A DNA stretch of 63,975 bases, counting the filler, from Craspedostauros australis (Eukaryota): assembly GCA_030167865.1 (NCBI GenBank). It is 5 parts of 5 records of this genome, joined end to end, with 100 filler letters (N's around TTAATTAATTAA, not from the genome) between each part and the next. Parts side by side here need not be neighbours in the genome. Positions count along the whole stretch, not along the records: positions 1 to 14,608 come from JALAGF010003656.1; 4 more parts are not named here. One strand, given 5' to 3'. The translations under genes and the position numbers were made by a program. The notes below the pieces were generated by a model. It was not told where the DNA came from and made no database searches. It saw only the letters and a list, made by a program, of their open reading frames with translations. Numbering within the stretch: position 1 is the stretch's first letter; every line of letters starts with the position of its first letter. Positions 1-12,703 of the stretch are shown here, one piece after another.

Positions 1-226
1 TGTTGATGGTGCCGAAGGAAGGCTTGTCTGCTCCCCTTCCGTCCATGATTGGGGCAGCGTCGTTGTCATCGTCGTCATAATAGCCATCGTGGTGGCTGAC
101 AACAACAACATCGGTGCCAATGCCAACACCAATGTTCGTGCTCTTTGCAGATGAGCTGTCGTCGTCACTTGCATGCTCATGCGCATGTGCATGAGTTGGG
201 ATGATGATCTGAGTGGAATCGACCAT
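1..226 (-). CDS. 5' part of a hypothetical protein running off the window edge
   Basis: My translation: ATG at 226 after a CA-rich leader (caccaacaacc), open to base 1: MVDSTQIIIPTHAHAHEHASDDDSSSAKS...GADKPSFGTIN. Not in the ORF track because no stop is reached. Confidence 0.6.
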   Translation of the reverse strand, partial: MVDSTQIIIPTHAHAHEHASDDDSSSAKSTNIGVGIGTDVVVVSHHDGYYDDDDNDAAPIMDGRGADKPSFGTIN

Positions 227-981
227 GGTTGTTGGTGGTCGTGCCGCTTGCGACGATTGGATGATTGGATTTATGACAGCGAGGAGCACGGATGCCATCC
301 GCCCACATCGTCGATCTATTCCACCCTCGACCCATCTGTTCTCCCCCGTTGGTGGTCAGCGCATGCTTCGGGAGTATTTCCCGTCCATGAAGTCGTGGCA
401 AATTGTGACCACGAAAGGGGAGGAGGTACGAGTCAGGAAAGAAACAATCGCAGACCATGATGTGAGCACCGATGGAACATGAAAGAATGGCGCCCTCTCC
501 AAAAGGAAAAACCGCGAATTTCACCAGTTTGTTGCTTCGCACACTTGATTCGTGTGGTGAGACGAGATTGTCCGAAGTTCAATGGAGAAGGCGGCGAATG
601 ACAAATGGCGAAGCACAACAGGAAAGAACAAAAAACAGAATGCAGCACACGCCACAAAAAAACAGAAATGGAGTTCTGAAATCCAGAGAGAAACCTGCAG
701 AGGAAAGAGTAACATCATCAGAGATCATTGTACAAACTCGTAGAATAGCTCGTATGGAACATACTCGCACTGTACGAGCTAAACAGAGTCGAGCATGACA
801 TCATATCAATAATGCAATATGTTCAGATCCAATCGGAAGCTATTATATGCACTCTACGATAAGACAGTCCAGAAGAGAGAGAGAGAGAAATCATCGTTGA
901 AGACGAGAATGCGGAGGGCAGGAACTCAAGCAGCGGCTGCGCCGCAAATGAAACTGCGGGCATGAAATGCTAGGCTTCTTT

Positions 982-2880
982 CTAGTTGAGGTCTGGCATA
1001 CTCGTAGACGTAAAACCGCAGCGCTGTCTCCAATTGTGGATCTGCTGCGACAAAGCTTCCAGGATCGTATCGATCGGCGTGCATAATAGCTGTTCGCGCG
1101 CTATTCTTCGAGATTCCAGTGTCTTCATGGCCTCCTTCCTCTCTTCGTCGATATCCTTCCCAAGGTAGATGACGGTATGGTTAAGATTGGATAGTGCAGC
1201 CAACGACCCGAACCACCGTCGAAAGTCGAAGGTGTGGGGGAAGACTTCGATGACTGACGAACACTGCGGCATGAAAAACAAGGTGCTCTCCTGTGCACCG
1301 TGTGGCGTGAGAATGATGTCGATGTTTTGGAACGCTTCGATTTGCTCCTGCATGCTGAAGGTCTCGTAGAAATAGACTGGTGGCGTGTAGGCCAAGCCAA
1401 ACCGATCCTTGATGGCGGCGGATATGTTTTGGGACTGCAGCAGTCGACGCGTGGATCTCCGGCTGAGAATCCCAATTCGCGGCATGTATTCGCTCGATTG
1501 CTCCATCAATTGCTGCTGCTCTGCGGGAGTCATGTTGAAACATAGTTCGGTATCATCAACTCTGAGATCTGTGGAGCAGTGCGGCGTTGAGAGTTTGGAT
1601 CCTGGAATGCTCTCGAGCAATGTCTGCTTGAAGGTTTCCATATCGTCGCTGTTGGCCATGTTGTAGTCGACGAATGAAAATGTCTGGGCCACGAGAAGCT
1701 GCTTGAGATCTGCCGTGTTACCGTACATCTCAACGTACTCTGCCTTCGTCATTTCGTAGATAGGGGTGTTTGCATATTTGAGCATTTCGAGGAGTGCCCG
1801 GTTGAAAGGATGCTTCCGCATTTGGTGGAGCCTTCCGACGTCGATCACCATTGTGCGATTTGCATCAGGGAAGCGTTCCCACAGCGACCAGCACTTGAGC
1901 ATCTGTTGCAGGAAATGCGGGAAGTGGTGCACGATGCTTGTTCTGAAGAAATAGCATGCCACCATCTCGAAAGGTTCACCAGTAACCGACTTTTGCGTTT
2001 TCCATGCTTTGTTGAGACTCCCATGTGTTGTTTCCCAGCAGTGGACTCGCCTGGTTTGGACGAGGACGCTGCTTGGCTCTGGTGACAACTAGCAACTTAG
2101 GAATGCATTGTAACTGTGNTGCTAATTGTGAGTGTAATTATGTATGGATGTTGCTTCATTGAGTTGCTTGGCATTCGCGTTGCTATCTGAAGTTTCTCCT
2201 CTTTTGGTTTGAATGTATCGTGCCTCCGTGTCATTGTTAGGCGGGACTGTTTGAACCAATCATGCCTCTCTTCCAGGATCCGATTTGAAGTAGTATACTG
2301 TGCGGGGCGGTAGAGCTATGCTTCTGGGATCCTTCTCAGTCTCGGATACGATCGTGTCACATGTCTGACTCTTGGATACCTTCGAGTCGATCGATTCGTG
2401 TCTTGGATACCAGTTGAGTCCCGTATGTGATTCCCGGATACCATATTATCCCACACCGTGGACCTTGCCCAGAAATTGCTCCGGACGATACCGATTGGGG
2501 TAGTCGGTGGTCATGTAGGTCGATTCGAGACTGGAGTTGGTGATGGTGCAGGTGCGGGGTTCCGGATCTGCGAATTGCGGGTCGTTGTGATGCTGCTTCA
2601 TGAAGTCTGGGAACGCAGAGATCGATCGAGGAGGGTCGAGTGGTGGCGGTGGACCCTGTGGAAGGCTCTGTTGCGAACGGCCCACCGAATCGCCGATAGT
2701 CGACGAATGGACTGCTTGGTCAACGAAGCTCGTCATGATCGATGGCTGAATGATGAGGCTTTCATCCATGGCAGGCTTTGGCCGGAATTTGGGATCAAAC
2801 AGAGACATGACAGTAAGCATGATGATGGCCACAACGGATACCATCGGCATGATCTGGCTTCCTTTCTTCTTTCTTGTCAT
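982..2880 (-). CDS. Glycosyltransferase family 61 (DUF563)-like type II membrane protein; two coding blocks (2880-2464 and 2088-982) separated by an intron or insertion
   Basis: C-terminal block has the GT61 signature RIGILSR..RRL...SMQEQIEAF.NIDIILTPHGAQ...LFFM....VIEVFP. Upstream block starts MTRKKK, followed by a hydrophobic signal anchor and a Pro-rich stem. AAG|GT at 2463 and CTAG| at 2089 join the blocks in frame. Confidence 0.75.
2083..2455 (-). mobile_element. Possible Copia-type solo LTR inside the GT61-like gene (alternatively a 375-nt intron, 2089-2463)
   Basis: Minus strand reads TGTGGGATAATATGG...GTTGTCA (TG...CA ends), with internal GTATCC(A/G)(A/G)GA repeats and a single N at 2119. 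The same TGTGGGAT start occurs at 3692. No matching 5-bp target site duplication was found. Confidence 0.35.
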
Positions 2881-3510
2881 CTTCTCTGTCTGTACGAGTA
2901 CGAGTATGGAAGCACCGGTCCGAGTGCGGGTGCGGCGGGTGCGAGTGTGAATTAGAGCACGGTACTCGTACAACGGCAAACAGCAACAGAGTCGTCGAAG
3001 GCGTCTGACGGCTGAGCTGGATGCCTTTGTTGCGTTTGTTGCGTTGGTTACACTGGTTGTGCTGAGGATCTGAACCGAAGGTACTTGATGTGTTTGTGCA
3101 GCATTGTTGCAGTTGGTACTAGAACGATGTCAAACGTCCACTTGTCAGGGTATGTCAGGGTCGGCACGGCTTGTTACACTTGTTGACTACACTTGGGGTC
3201 GCTGCAATGGTGGTTTCGGCTGGCTTGTTGTCCGATTTGGTGGCACCAAGGTGCCCTGTTGCCGCAACTGTTGGTGTTGAGTTCGATTTTGCTTTCGGAG
3301 GCGCTGATTCTGTTGGTGCTGTTGCTGATGCCAACAGACACGTCTGAGGGCAGCTTCGAGCACCTCACTGAAGCCCGTGCAAGAGAGGAAAAACAACATT
3401 TTCGGTGTTTGACGATGTCCAAGTTGAAGACAGTGACGAGTCACATCCGTGTCCGATCGAAAGCTAAAAACCTAAAGCACGGGCTACTGCGGGGAATTTC
3501 TCAACTCAAG

Positions 3511-3692
3511 CCCTCATAACTTATTCTATAATATAAAATATAAAGTTAAAGAGTTCTAGGAAGGTCAATCCGTAACTTTCTCATAGAATAGATAGTAACA
3601 TCATATAATAGAATATTAAATTAATAAGGAAATCTGAGAGAGCTTCCCGAGAAAGGTGTACTATTTTCGCTCAGACGGGTCATAATCCCACA
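3511..3692 (-). mobile_element. Copia-like 5' LTR remnant with a tRNA-Met-type primer binding site
   Basis: About 170 bp AT-rich block starting TGTGGGATTATG (minus, 3692), followed directly by AGTTATGAGGG. This resembles the GGTTATG(A/G)G half-tRNA-Met PBS of copia elements. The LTR end reads TA rather than CA, and no gag-pol follows. Confidence 0.4.
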
Positions 3693-3940
3693 ACGCGACG
3701 CTATTTGATGGTTTTTGGAGCAATGGTTACTCGTACTCGTACTCGTCCAGAGCAAACAGACACCAACGTGCAATCACTCCAATCTAATCAGAGCCATCCT
3801 CGTGGTGTGAAAGCATCGCACTAATATATGAGTGATGCCATCCTATTCCTCTTCTGCGCGTACGTATATCTGCTGCTATCGCATGATGTTGCCTTAAGTT
3901 TGAAAGGTGGTTGCAATCTGCTTCGTGAGTACCCGTGCGC

Positions 3941-6346
3941 TCAAGTCATGCTCCTGCGGCTGCCACCATACGTGCTGTCATCCCACTGGCTTTCCGAGAC
4001 GTCGTTGCTGTCGTAGTACGACTGATCGCCGCTTGCCCCGCCGCCGCTGTAGGTGCCGTCGTCGCCTCCGTACGTGCTGTCGCCGTAGTAGCTCTGATCG
4101 CCGCCATCACCGCCGTAGGTGCCGTCATCCTGGCTGGCCGTGTTGTCGCCATAGTAGCTCTGGTCGCCCCCGTCACCACCGTAGGTGCCGTCATCGTACC
4201 CGCTTGCGGAGAATTCCTGGCTGGGATCATCGTACGGATTGACGTAGCCCTCAGGGGCGTCATTTTCGTCGCGGTACGGTGCCGAACCCGGCCTTTGCTG
4301 TGGCGTGCCGCGCGTGTTGTTACCGGGCTCGTCACGGAAGCCGCTGTAATCGGACTCGTCGTCGCCGTATCCCGACTCCGAGGGGTCGTCCATACGCGAG
4401 GAGTCGTCCATGCCCGATCGGTTGGAACGATCCTTCTTCTTCTTTTTCTTCTTCTTGCGTCGCTTGGGTGCCTTCTTGCAGCAGTTGAAGCACGGGGGCG
4501 GACGTGGTGTGCAGCAGATCAGTGTTTGCGAGATCAGATACATTAACACTGCTATAACAGAGAGGACCCCAGCAAAGCCAAGCTTGCAGTCCTGGTCGTA
4601 TTTGCTGTTGTCGTGTTGCGCAGTGCGGCAAGCGTGATCGAATACAACACAATGCAGAGCGCAGGCATTCGAGAGAAGAAAGTTGTGAGTTGCATGATGA
4701 AAGGATGCGTGGAGAAGTTCGCCATCTTCCGCATCTCAGACAAGCGCTCCATACCAAAACACATACTGCTATACCCTATCACGACGTGTCGTCATGACAT
4801 CGCGTATAGCATCCAGCGCAAAGCATCAAAACGCAACACCGCCCCAAATGGAATGGAACGGAACGAGACGGGTACACTCTGTAGCGGATTTGGTGGATTG
4901 TATCCAACGGCCGTGCATCGTGTCGTGACTTACCAGAAATCTTCGCTCAGGAAGAGAAAGAGCGTGAAGGACTGGAAGGTGAAGGCCAGGTACAGGAAGA
5001 TAGCCGTGGGGAACCAACTGCAGCGGTAGTGGCAGAAGCAGAATTCGATGATGCAAAATACGACCCCAAGGGCGGCGAATATGGGTGCCAGGTACGCGCC
5101 GAGCTGTGCCTTCTTGAACGCCCCGTCATCTTCAAACTGCTTCATTCCATTCTCGTACTTCTTGACGACGCCGACCTCATCGTCAATGGCCAAGTTCGGA
5201 TCGCTGATGGTCGGTCCCGCTGAGGGCGGGGCGGTGGGAGAGAAGCTTGGTACTGGCGAGGGTGGCAAGGTGGATGGTGCCGCCGATGGAAGCATGGTTG
5301 TGGGCGTGCCCGACACGAGAGTTGGCGCATGCGTGGGTACTGTCGATGGGGCCAGACTTTGATCCGTCACCGTCGCCTCAGTGGGTGATACCGTCGGCGA
5401 CTGCGAGCCCAATATACCTTCCACCAACGTTGTTGGCGATGCGGTGACAGCGCCATCCAGCTGCAAATCGCGGGTCAGCATGCGAGTGTTGCCATCGGCA
5501 CCAAGATCACCTGGCTGGGCGTCGGGTCCACCCAGCAGCGGACCTTCCGGCTGTTTGTTGGGTGGCCATGGATAGACGAAGACCTCCACAATTTCGTAGC
5601 GAAACAACCCCACGTTAGCCCTCACCGCATGCTCGAAAGGTTCTGGCTGGAACTTGGCTTCTTCGTAGAACGTGTCATTCCGCAACGCCTCGAATTGGAA
5701 ATATTTGGAGGAAAAAATGCACCATGTGGAGCAGATGATGCCGATGATGGACATGATCAAGACAGCGATACTGCGGTGTCATGCGTGGTTCCGTTCGGTT
5801 GGGTTATGGAACAATTCGTTTCGTTGCAAATCGTTTCGTTGACAATCGTTTCAACATCAAGTCCCGTCCCATCGTCATTTGGTGAAGCACAGTGGCATTC
5901 CAACGGCGACAGGACCGCAGCATGCCATCATCATCGTCATCGCAAGCCGGTGAACGTTCATCGTTCGTCGAAGTGAAAATGGTGGATGTCGCGGTGCATA
6001 TTATCACAGCATGGAAGAGCATGAAAGGCATTGTGAGAAAAGATGAATAATCACAACAAGGATGCACGATCGATCGATTGATGGACGGGAAGACTTCCCC
6101 CGACTGCATTCATCACATCCGAATCAAGCGCAAATTCGAACGCCGCAGCATCCTTTTTCGATGACGTGCAGTACTTTCACAGTGTATGATCTCTCTACGA
6201 ATAGAACGCCGCACGTACCGAGAGTTTCTTCCGCAGTTCCTCCCACAGCACCACAATGGCATATCCTCCCTGGTCTGCTCGTAGACTGGGTTTCCCTTCG
6301 CCTCATCGGGGATCACCGGCGCGTTGGGATCATTTGGCAAGTTCAT
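3941..6346 (-). CDS. Claudin-like four-transmembrane protein with a Ser/Thr/Pro-rich loop and an acidic Gly/Tyr repeat tail; exons 6346-6219, 5770-4934, 4604-3941
   Basis: Three ORF-track fragments join in frame through canonical introns (GTACGT 6218...CAG 5771; GTAAGT 4933...CAG 4605), giving NSR-IAVLIMS and SEDFC-KYDQDCKLG. Four hydrophobic segments and a VGLFRY motif after TM1, similar to the claudin GLW motif. Confidence 0.8.
4005..4200 (-). repeat. Coding tandem repeat, about 66-nt period, 3 degenerate copies (DDGTYGGDGGDQSYYGD)
   Basis: Visible in both the DNA (ccgtaggtgccgtc...) and the translation. Confidence 0.9.
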
Positions 6347-7740
6347 GATGGCTCAATGGTGGCTTGCTCAGCGAAGCGATGGGGATGTGCGGGGATTATT
6401 GGTATGGTGGGGGCACGCGTGTGTACGAGCCTTGTATGGTGTGCTCGTTTGGCTGGCTGCAGAGTCTCTGTCCAGACACTGAGTTATCCAAGTCACCTCT
6501 TCTGTGCGATGGAGAGGCTTCTTTCCACCTTTTCCGCAGTTCCGCGTCTTGCTCTGCACGAACTTTCCACAAGATGCGGGCACAATGATGGCCGCTGCAA
6601 TGGTGCTGCCTGCTATTGGCTCTGGTATTGGTTCTGGCGGCGTTCGTCTTCCAAGCAACGGAGGAGCGTTGGCGATGCTGATGGTTGTGAGAGGATGGAG
6701 GCAACACCAGAAACAGACCAAACGCATCGAAAGCTGTGATCTGCAACGCTCTGTGGTAACAGCGTAGCAACAACAACAACAAGAACGAAAGATGGAGGGA
6801 ACGATCCGCGATACTCTTGGTCTGGAATGGATTCGGCGGTTTTTGTATCGTGGAGTTCGTGTCGCATCGTGCTATCTTTTCTCGTTTCATTCGCTTCGCG
6901 GACTCGCAAAGTACGCTGTTTGTGTGGCAACAGTCTTCATCGCCATGACCTGTTGCGGTCATCAAGTATCTGTCATAAATATTCGTGTCGCAGCAACCGT
7001 CCTATCGCGATATCTCTCGTTGTCGCATCCAGTCGGGTCACGACTGAATGCAATTCGACCAGAGTGATTCAATTGTGATGCGTTCGACTTGGGCGATCAA
7101 ACACCAACGGTCATTTGTGCCAGCCATCGTGTCGGACACAATGACGAAAACACGGCAACCAGAAGGAAGCGAGAAAACACCCACCAACACCTGCCACGAT
7201 GATGATCACCAACGGTGACGACAGGAGGGTCGGAGGCATCCGAGGGCGAGAGACAGAGAGACAGCACGTGAATGACCACAACAGCCCCACAAGCTACCTC
7301 CTGCCAACACCAAACCACACAACTCCTGGCAAGTCACCACATTGCAACGAGTCTCCAACCGCGCCAAAATACAATTCAGATCGACTCAAAGCACTCGTTT
7401 GTCCTCTGTTTGGCGAACAGCATCAGCCATTGACGTTGGCACTTCGCAAGAGCACCATACCGTCCTTGACTGAGCCATCGCAACGGCGTTTTTTGGCAGC
7501 ATATCTGATTCACACTGCTCGTGCATTGCAATCGACCAGAACAACAGCGAGTGATCAGGAAGAAAGCAGAAGCTTCCTTTGCGCCAACAACTTCGGAAAC
7601 CTTGGATGCGTTCATCGGACACAGCGGCAAGAGAAAGCGCAGCAAAAGAAGGACGCACAGAGCAATAACGCCCAACGAACGAAATCATGATCCGCAGAGG
7701 CGCAACAGCACCGCTCCCCACGTCAACCACCTCGCCGTCG

Positions 7741-9617
7741 ATGGCAGCGAAGGGAGATGACTCGAAGGGCCTCAAACTGAGACAGAATGCCATGCAATCG
7801 CGCAACATTATCATCGCGATAGGCGTCGGAATGTGCCTGTGCTTCGTCTGGCTCATGGCCGCCGCCGACAGCTACCACGAACGTCGCATCACGAAGATGC
7901 AACCCAACAACGGAATCGTCAAGAACAAGCCGGTGCGGAGGAAGACAGATACTGGCGTATCCGTCTTTGATCACAATCTCTACAAGACAGTCGATTTGAA
8001 AGGCGACAGCTCAACGGCGACGGTCATGGGACTTGGTATGTATTCCCAGTCTTGCTATTCATCTGGCTGGTCATCCGGATCTGAACCTGGCAGACCTTGT
8101 CGTCGCCATCATGATCCATCCAAAGCTGCGCCGATGCTATTGTTCTATTGCTTACTATTATGAAGTGTAAGGGGATTGGAGCAGGCATGGATACTCTTCC
8201 GGCTGTGACATGAGGCAAGACACGAATCATCTTCGAATGCCTCTTGTCTGTGCAAGATGGAGCAACGTTAGGCAATGGCTACTCTACCCATCCGTTCACT
8301 CATCCAAGGCATGGTATGGCATGGCGTAGCATGCTGTGATCTGCCATTCCCTCAAACCAGAGCGAATGTCGATGGCACAAGAAAATGTGCCAAGCGTGTC
8401 ACTGTTTTCAACTTGCCCACCTGAGATCATATCTACCTCTCTTTCAGCGCCATCAATCGACATCATCCTCACCACCACCACCATTACTATCATTATCAGC
8501 AGCAGCAACAGCATCATGATCTCACAAGTCCATCACTCTCTTCTTCATTGTATTCATCAATCTTTTCAATCGTGTACTGGTATGATGACATATCCATCAT
8601 TGGAATCGTCACCCCACTTGCGTTGGGACCATGTCACACAACACAACAGCCGCCGGATACGATCTCCCCACTTACATGGGGTTCGTTGGTAGCTTGCGCA
8701 AAACAGGATACAAAGGCCACATCATCCTTGGCGTCGCCCCAGATGTCGCTCCAGAAGTGCTGGAGTACTTCAAATATCGCAAGGTCACGCCCAAAATACT
8801 GAAATGGGTCAACTGCACCTACACGCAGGAGGGAAACAAGAATGACATCTTCAAAAAGACCAAATGCAGCCACCCCTACTCCGACATCAAAATTCGCTGG
8901 AGCCGCTTCCCTCTCCAGCGAGATTGGCTGCGGGACTGCAAGACCTGCACGGGCCCCATTCTCGTAGCGGATGTGCGAGACACCCTCTTTCAGCTTGACC
9001 CCTTCGGTCCGGGATCGCCGCCAGTCCACGGCCTCCAAGTCTTCGAGGAGGACAAGAGCCAATCGACGCAGCACTGGCTCACCAGATGGCCGATCAACCA
9101 ATGCAAGCACGTCACGTACTACGAAACGATGCTCTGCTCCGGCACGACTATCGGCACGCGCGAGGCCATGCTCAAGTACCTGGAGGTCATGTACGAGGAG
9201 ATGAAGGTATGGATCGAGACCAAGGAATGCCGATTTGACATCAACGGCGACGACCAGAGCATCCACAACTACCTCTTCTACTCAGGACAGTTGCCATTCG
9301 CAACCGCCATCCCCAATCGTCAGGGAGGCATCGTCAACACCATCGGCGTGGAGGGTTCCAAACTGCGGAAGCTGCACGCGGAAACCAACATGGAACGGGA
9401 CAACATCGACAAGGATGCCGCCATGATCCGGGATTACGATGGAGCGTCGGGCAAGAGATGGATCGGAAAGCAATTCAACATTGCTGACGATGAAGGCATG
9501 TTCACTGAATTCGACGGCACGCGGTCAAGAGTGGTCCATCAATGGGATCGTTTCGGCAAGCCGTTGCTCCGATGGATTCGCAATAGCGGCTTCTACGAGG
9601 ATCCCATCCCACAATAG
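7741..9617 (+). CDS. Type II membrane putative glycosyltransferase (GT-A-like); exons 7741-8035 and 8650-9617
   Basis: Intron GTATGT(8036)...CAACAG(8649) joins ATVMGL-AAGYDL in frame. N-terminal TM (IIIAIGVGMCLCFVWLMAA), ADVRD DxD-like motif, CSGTTIG and GDDQSIHNY motifs. An alternative ATG lies at 7687. Confidence 0.75.
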
Positions 9618-9882
9618 GCAGATGATGTGAATGCAAGGGCCAGTCCCTCAGCGCGATAGACTATTTCAATTAAAAATGCAACTCATTGCATTGCGGCGCA
9701 GTTGTCGGCTCGACTCTTTCTCAAATTCCACTTTGCTTTGATGCATTGCGGCAATGTATGCAGATACTCCACTAGTACGCGTTGCGTGAGATACGACTAT
9801 CGGAAGGAATGGAACATCGCAACGCGAATCATTGGATCGACAAACGAGGCACATGCTCTACAGTACGAGTACAACTCCAATC

Positions 9883-11199
9883 TCATCTGCCAAAGATGGA
9901 TTGCTGAATCTGCCGTGTCCAACTTGCTGTCCATAGGATTGCTACCAAATGGGAATGCCCATTCTGGATTGCAATGTCCACAGGTGTTTGATCATCCTTA
10001 TTGCGAAGGCCCATGTTGACTTGTCGCCGGGAATGGATCATTGCCAACACCATTTCATGGTGGCCCTTCCTGCATGCGCTATGCAATGGGGTATCGCTGT
10101 TGCCATTTTGAACATCGGGATCCACGTCCTCCATCGACATCAAGTATGCGACAACTTCCCGGTTGTTCACTTCAACGGCGCGATGCAATAGGGTGTTGCC
10201 AAGCCCGTCGGTGGCATTCACATGGACCATCACGTTGGTGGACTCGACGAGGAACTTGGCCAATCCGAAGCTCCGTCCATCAGTGCAAATATCATGCAAG
10301 GCGGTGTTGCCGTCGCCATCTCGCAACGTGGCATCGATGAATTCTGTTCCCACCAAGGCATGTACCATGCCGACGTCGCCACGTCGACAGGCAATGTGCA
10401 ACGGCGTGTCGCCGCTGTTGTTGGCGATGTTGGCATTGGACCAAGCTCTCTGCATCAAGCCACGGATCACGCCCACATCCACGTCCACATCTCCTCCGCT
10501 GCAAGCTTCGTCCAGATTGAGACTTGGCACAACTTGCATCTGGATGTAGGTATACAGGTGGGTCAGCTTGGTGGGGTCGTCTAGCACGAGAACTAGCCCT
10601 TCGTCGCAGCCAACATGGATAGCTGTATTGCCCTGGATATTCCGGGTCGTCATGTCAATAGTGTTGTCGGGGTAGCACCGCTGCATGAGGAATTCGATGA
10701 CGTCTCTATGCCGACCGCGATAGGCAGAGTGAAGTGCCGTATCACCTTGCTTGTTTGCAATGCTGACATCGACCACAGCTTGATCAAACTCTCTCAAATA
10801 TTCGGCGACGGCCGCATGTCCGTTCCCGCAGGCGTCATGAAATGGGGTGTTGCCCCTGGTGTTTTGGATATTGACGTTGACGTTGACGTTGGGTTGGTCG
10901 GGCCGTAGCTGCAGTAAGGACTTCACAACAATCTCAAATCCTTCTTGACAAGCGACGTGGAGCGGTGTATTGCCAGACTCGTCTTGAATGTTGACACGGA
11001 CGCGGATTCCGTCCAAATTCAGCAAGTACTCCACCACATCGACATGCCCCTCTTGACACGCGATGTGGAGCGGTGCCATTCCATGGCTATTCTGATCGTT
11101 GATGTCACCAACGCTTTCATCGGATTGAATCAAATCTCTCAATGCTCTCAAATCTCCCAACCAACATGCGCGGTGGAGTTGCGTGGTGCATGTGGTCAT
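9883..11199 (-). CDS. Ankyrin repeat protein
   Basis: About 10-11 repeats of G(N/D)T(P/A)LH.AC..G....V..L in a 438-aa ORF. Confidence 0.92.
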   Translation of the reverse strand: MTTCTTQLHRACWLGDLRALRDLIQSDESVGDINDQNSHGMAPLHIACQEGHVDVVEYLLNLDGIRVRVNIQDESGNTPLHVACQEGFEIVVKSLLQLRPDQPNVNVNVNIQNTRGNTPFHDACGNGHAAVAEYLREFDQAVVDVSIANKQGDTALHSAYRGRHRDVIEFLMQRCYPDNTIDMTTRNIQGNTAIHVGCDEGLVLVLDDPTKLTHLYTYIQMQVVPSLNLDEACSGGDVDVDVGVIRGLMQRAWSNANIANNSGDTPLHIACRRGDVGMVHALVGTEFIDATLRDGDGNTALHDICTDGRSFGLAKFLVESTNVMVHVNATDGLGNTLLHRAVEVNNREVVAYLMSMEDVDPDVQNGNSDTPLHSACRKGHHEMVLAMIHSRRQVNMGLRNKDDQTPVDIAIQNGHSHLVAILWTASWTRQIQQSIFGR

Positions 11200-12703
11200 T
11201 GGATTTCCTGGAGCGTGTATGTTGGTCTGGCCTGCTTCCTTCTGTTCTCGCCATGCGAACTGGAGCAGCTCGTGCGTGTCCTTGGTGGTGCGCGTTGGAT
11301 GTGGGCGTTCGATGCTCTCAGCAGGAAGACAGGAAAGAAAATGATATGGACGAGGTTTGACTTGACTTTCCCAATGGGCTGTGCTGATCTAACATCTTGT
11401 TCATTTCACGGCATGGCCTTTCATGCAGACGGGAAAGCAAGGCAAAGTGTCGGCAGGCCATCCATTCATCTATCCAGCGTCTTGTGCTCTGCCTTCATGG
11501 TGTGTGGAGCCGCGATGCTTCCCTCGGGATGCAGACACAATCAACCAATCAACCAACCAACTGAAGCTTCCAACAGCCTCCTCAATCGAACAGGACGCGG
11601 CCACAGACGGAAACATCCATGAGGCGAGTCGCGTCATCGCCTTCCTCTGTCGGTGGTTCCGCGTCCGTTTCGACCGATCTCTCACCGATCGTCACCTCTG
11701 CAGAAGTCCTTGCACTACATGTACTCGGTGGGACATACTGTAGCTCGAACTCGATGTGTGGAGGGCTACCAGACACATGTTCGCTTTGTGAAGGATGGTA
11801 TTCCTGTCGATCGTTGCATTTTCATGGGGAGGAAGAAAGAACAAAGGTGAGACATTCACAGAACCAACACCAGTTGCAATTGCAAATAGGTGCATCCAGG
11901 AATTGAACTATTCGAATAGAGTGGTCGTGATGAGTAGGTGTGGACAAATGGCATGTTCGTCATGGAATGTGGCGCTTGGTATTTGATGACGACAGCACTC
12001 CCACCATAGCTCGTGCGTACTCACAACAATGTACGAGTAGAGTCTCTGACGCTCGCCTCCTGATACCTCAACCAAGAGAGACGTCGATAATCAAAGGGGG
12101 CAGACAAGGCACTCTCTTCACGCTGATAGAGAATACAATAATAATATTAACGCAGAGTAGAACAGAGCAAGCGATTTGTCTCTGTCGAAACTCATCATCT
12201 GTGTCCTCGCTGTCGCCAACTCCGAACACGCTCTGCCTCTTGTGTCGCGCGTGGAGACTTTGTGTTGGATGCAACTCACGCGGACAGAACCACAACCGAG
12301 AACACGGAAACGGACGTTGTCGACGACGAAACGCATGCCAGACGTAATACGTGATGTCGATAACAAGGAGAGCCGTTGGACGGACAAACAAGATTTCACC
12401 CAACCCACCGCAGGCAAACCCATACGATGTCTTTGTTCTTCGTCTGTCGCCTTCATCTTGTCATTGGCATTGTACCAGCACATATTATGTAATTGAGTAC
12501 ATGCTTCTCCACCCACCCAGACCCCGATCATCGCGTGTTCAATCCCTTCGTGACCTCTGCGGTTGGCATCTCCCATCACATTTGTAACACCGAGCAGAGC
12601 AGATCCACGTGAAGCAGGTGATCGTCCATCCGTGCCGACCCTGAAGCACCCCGATACACTGGTATTCGCACAGTGAACGAAAGCGAGAAGGGTGGCAGAG
12701 ACC

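Noticed and set aside
6062..7690. Several 100-225 aa ORFs between the claudin-like and GT-like genes
   Set aside because: Overlapping frames with no motifs; consistent with a divergent promoter/UTR region, although a small gene cannot be excluded.
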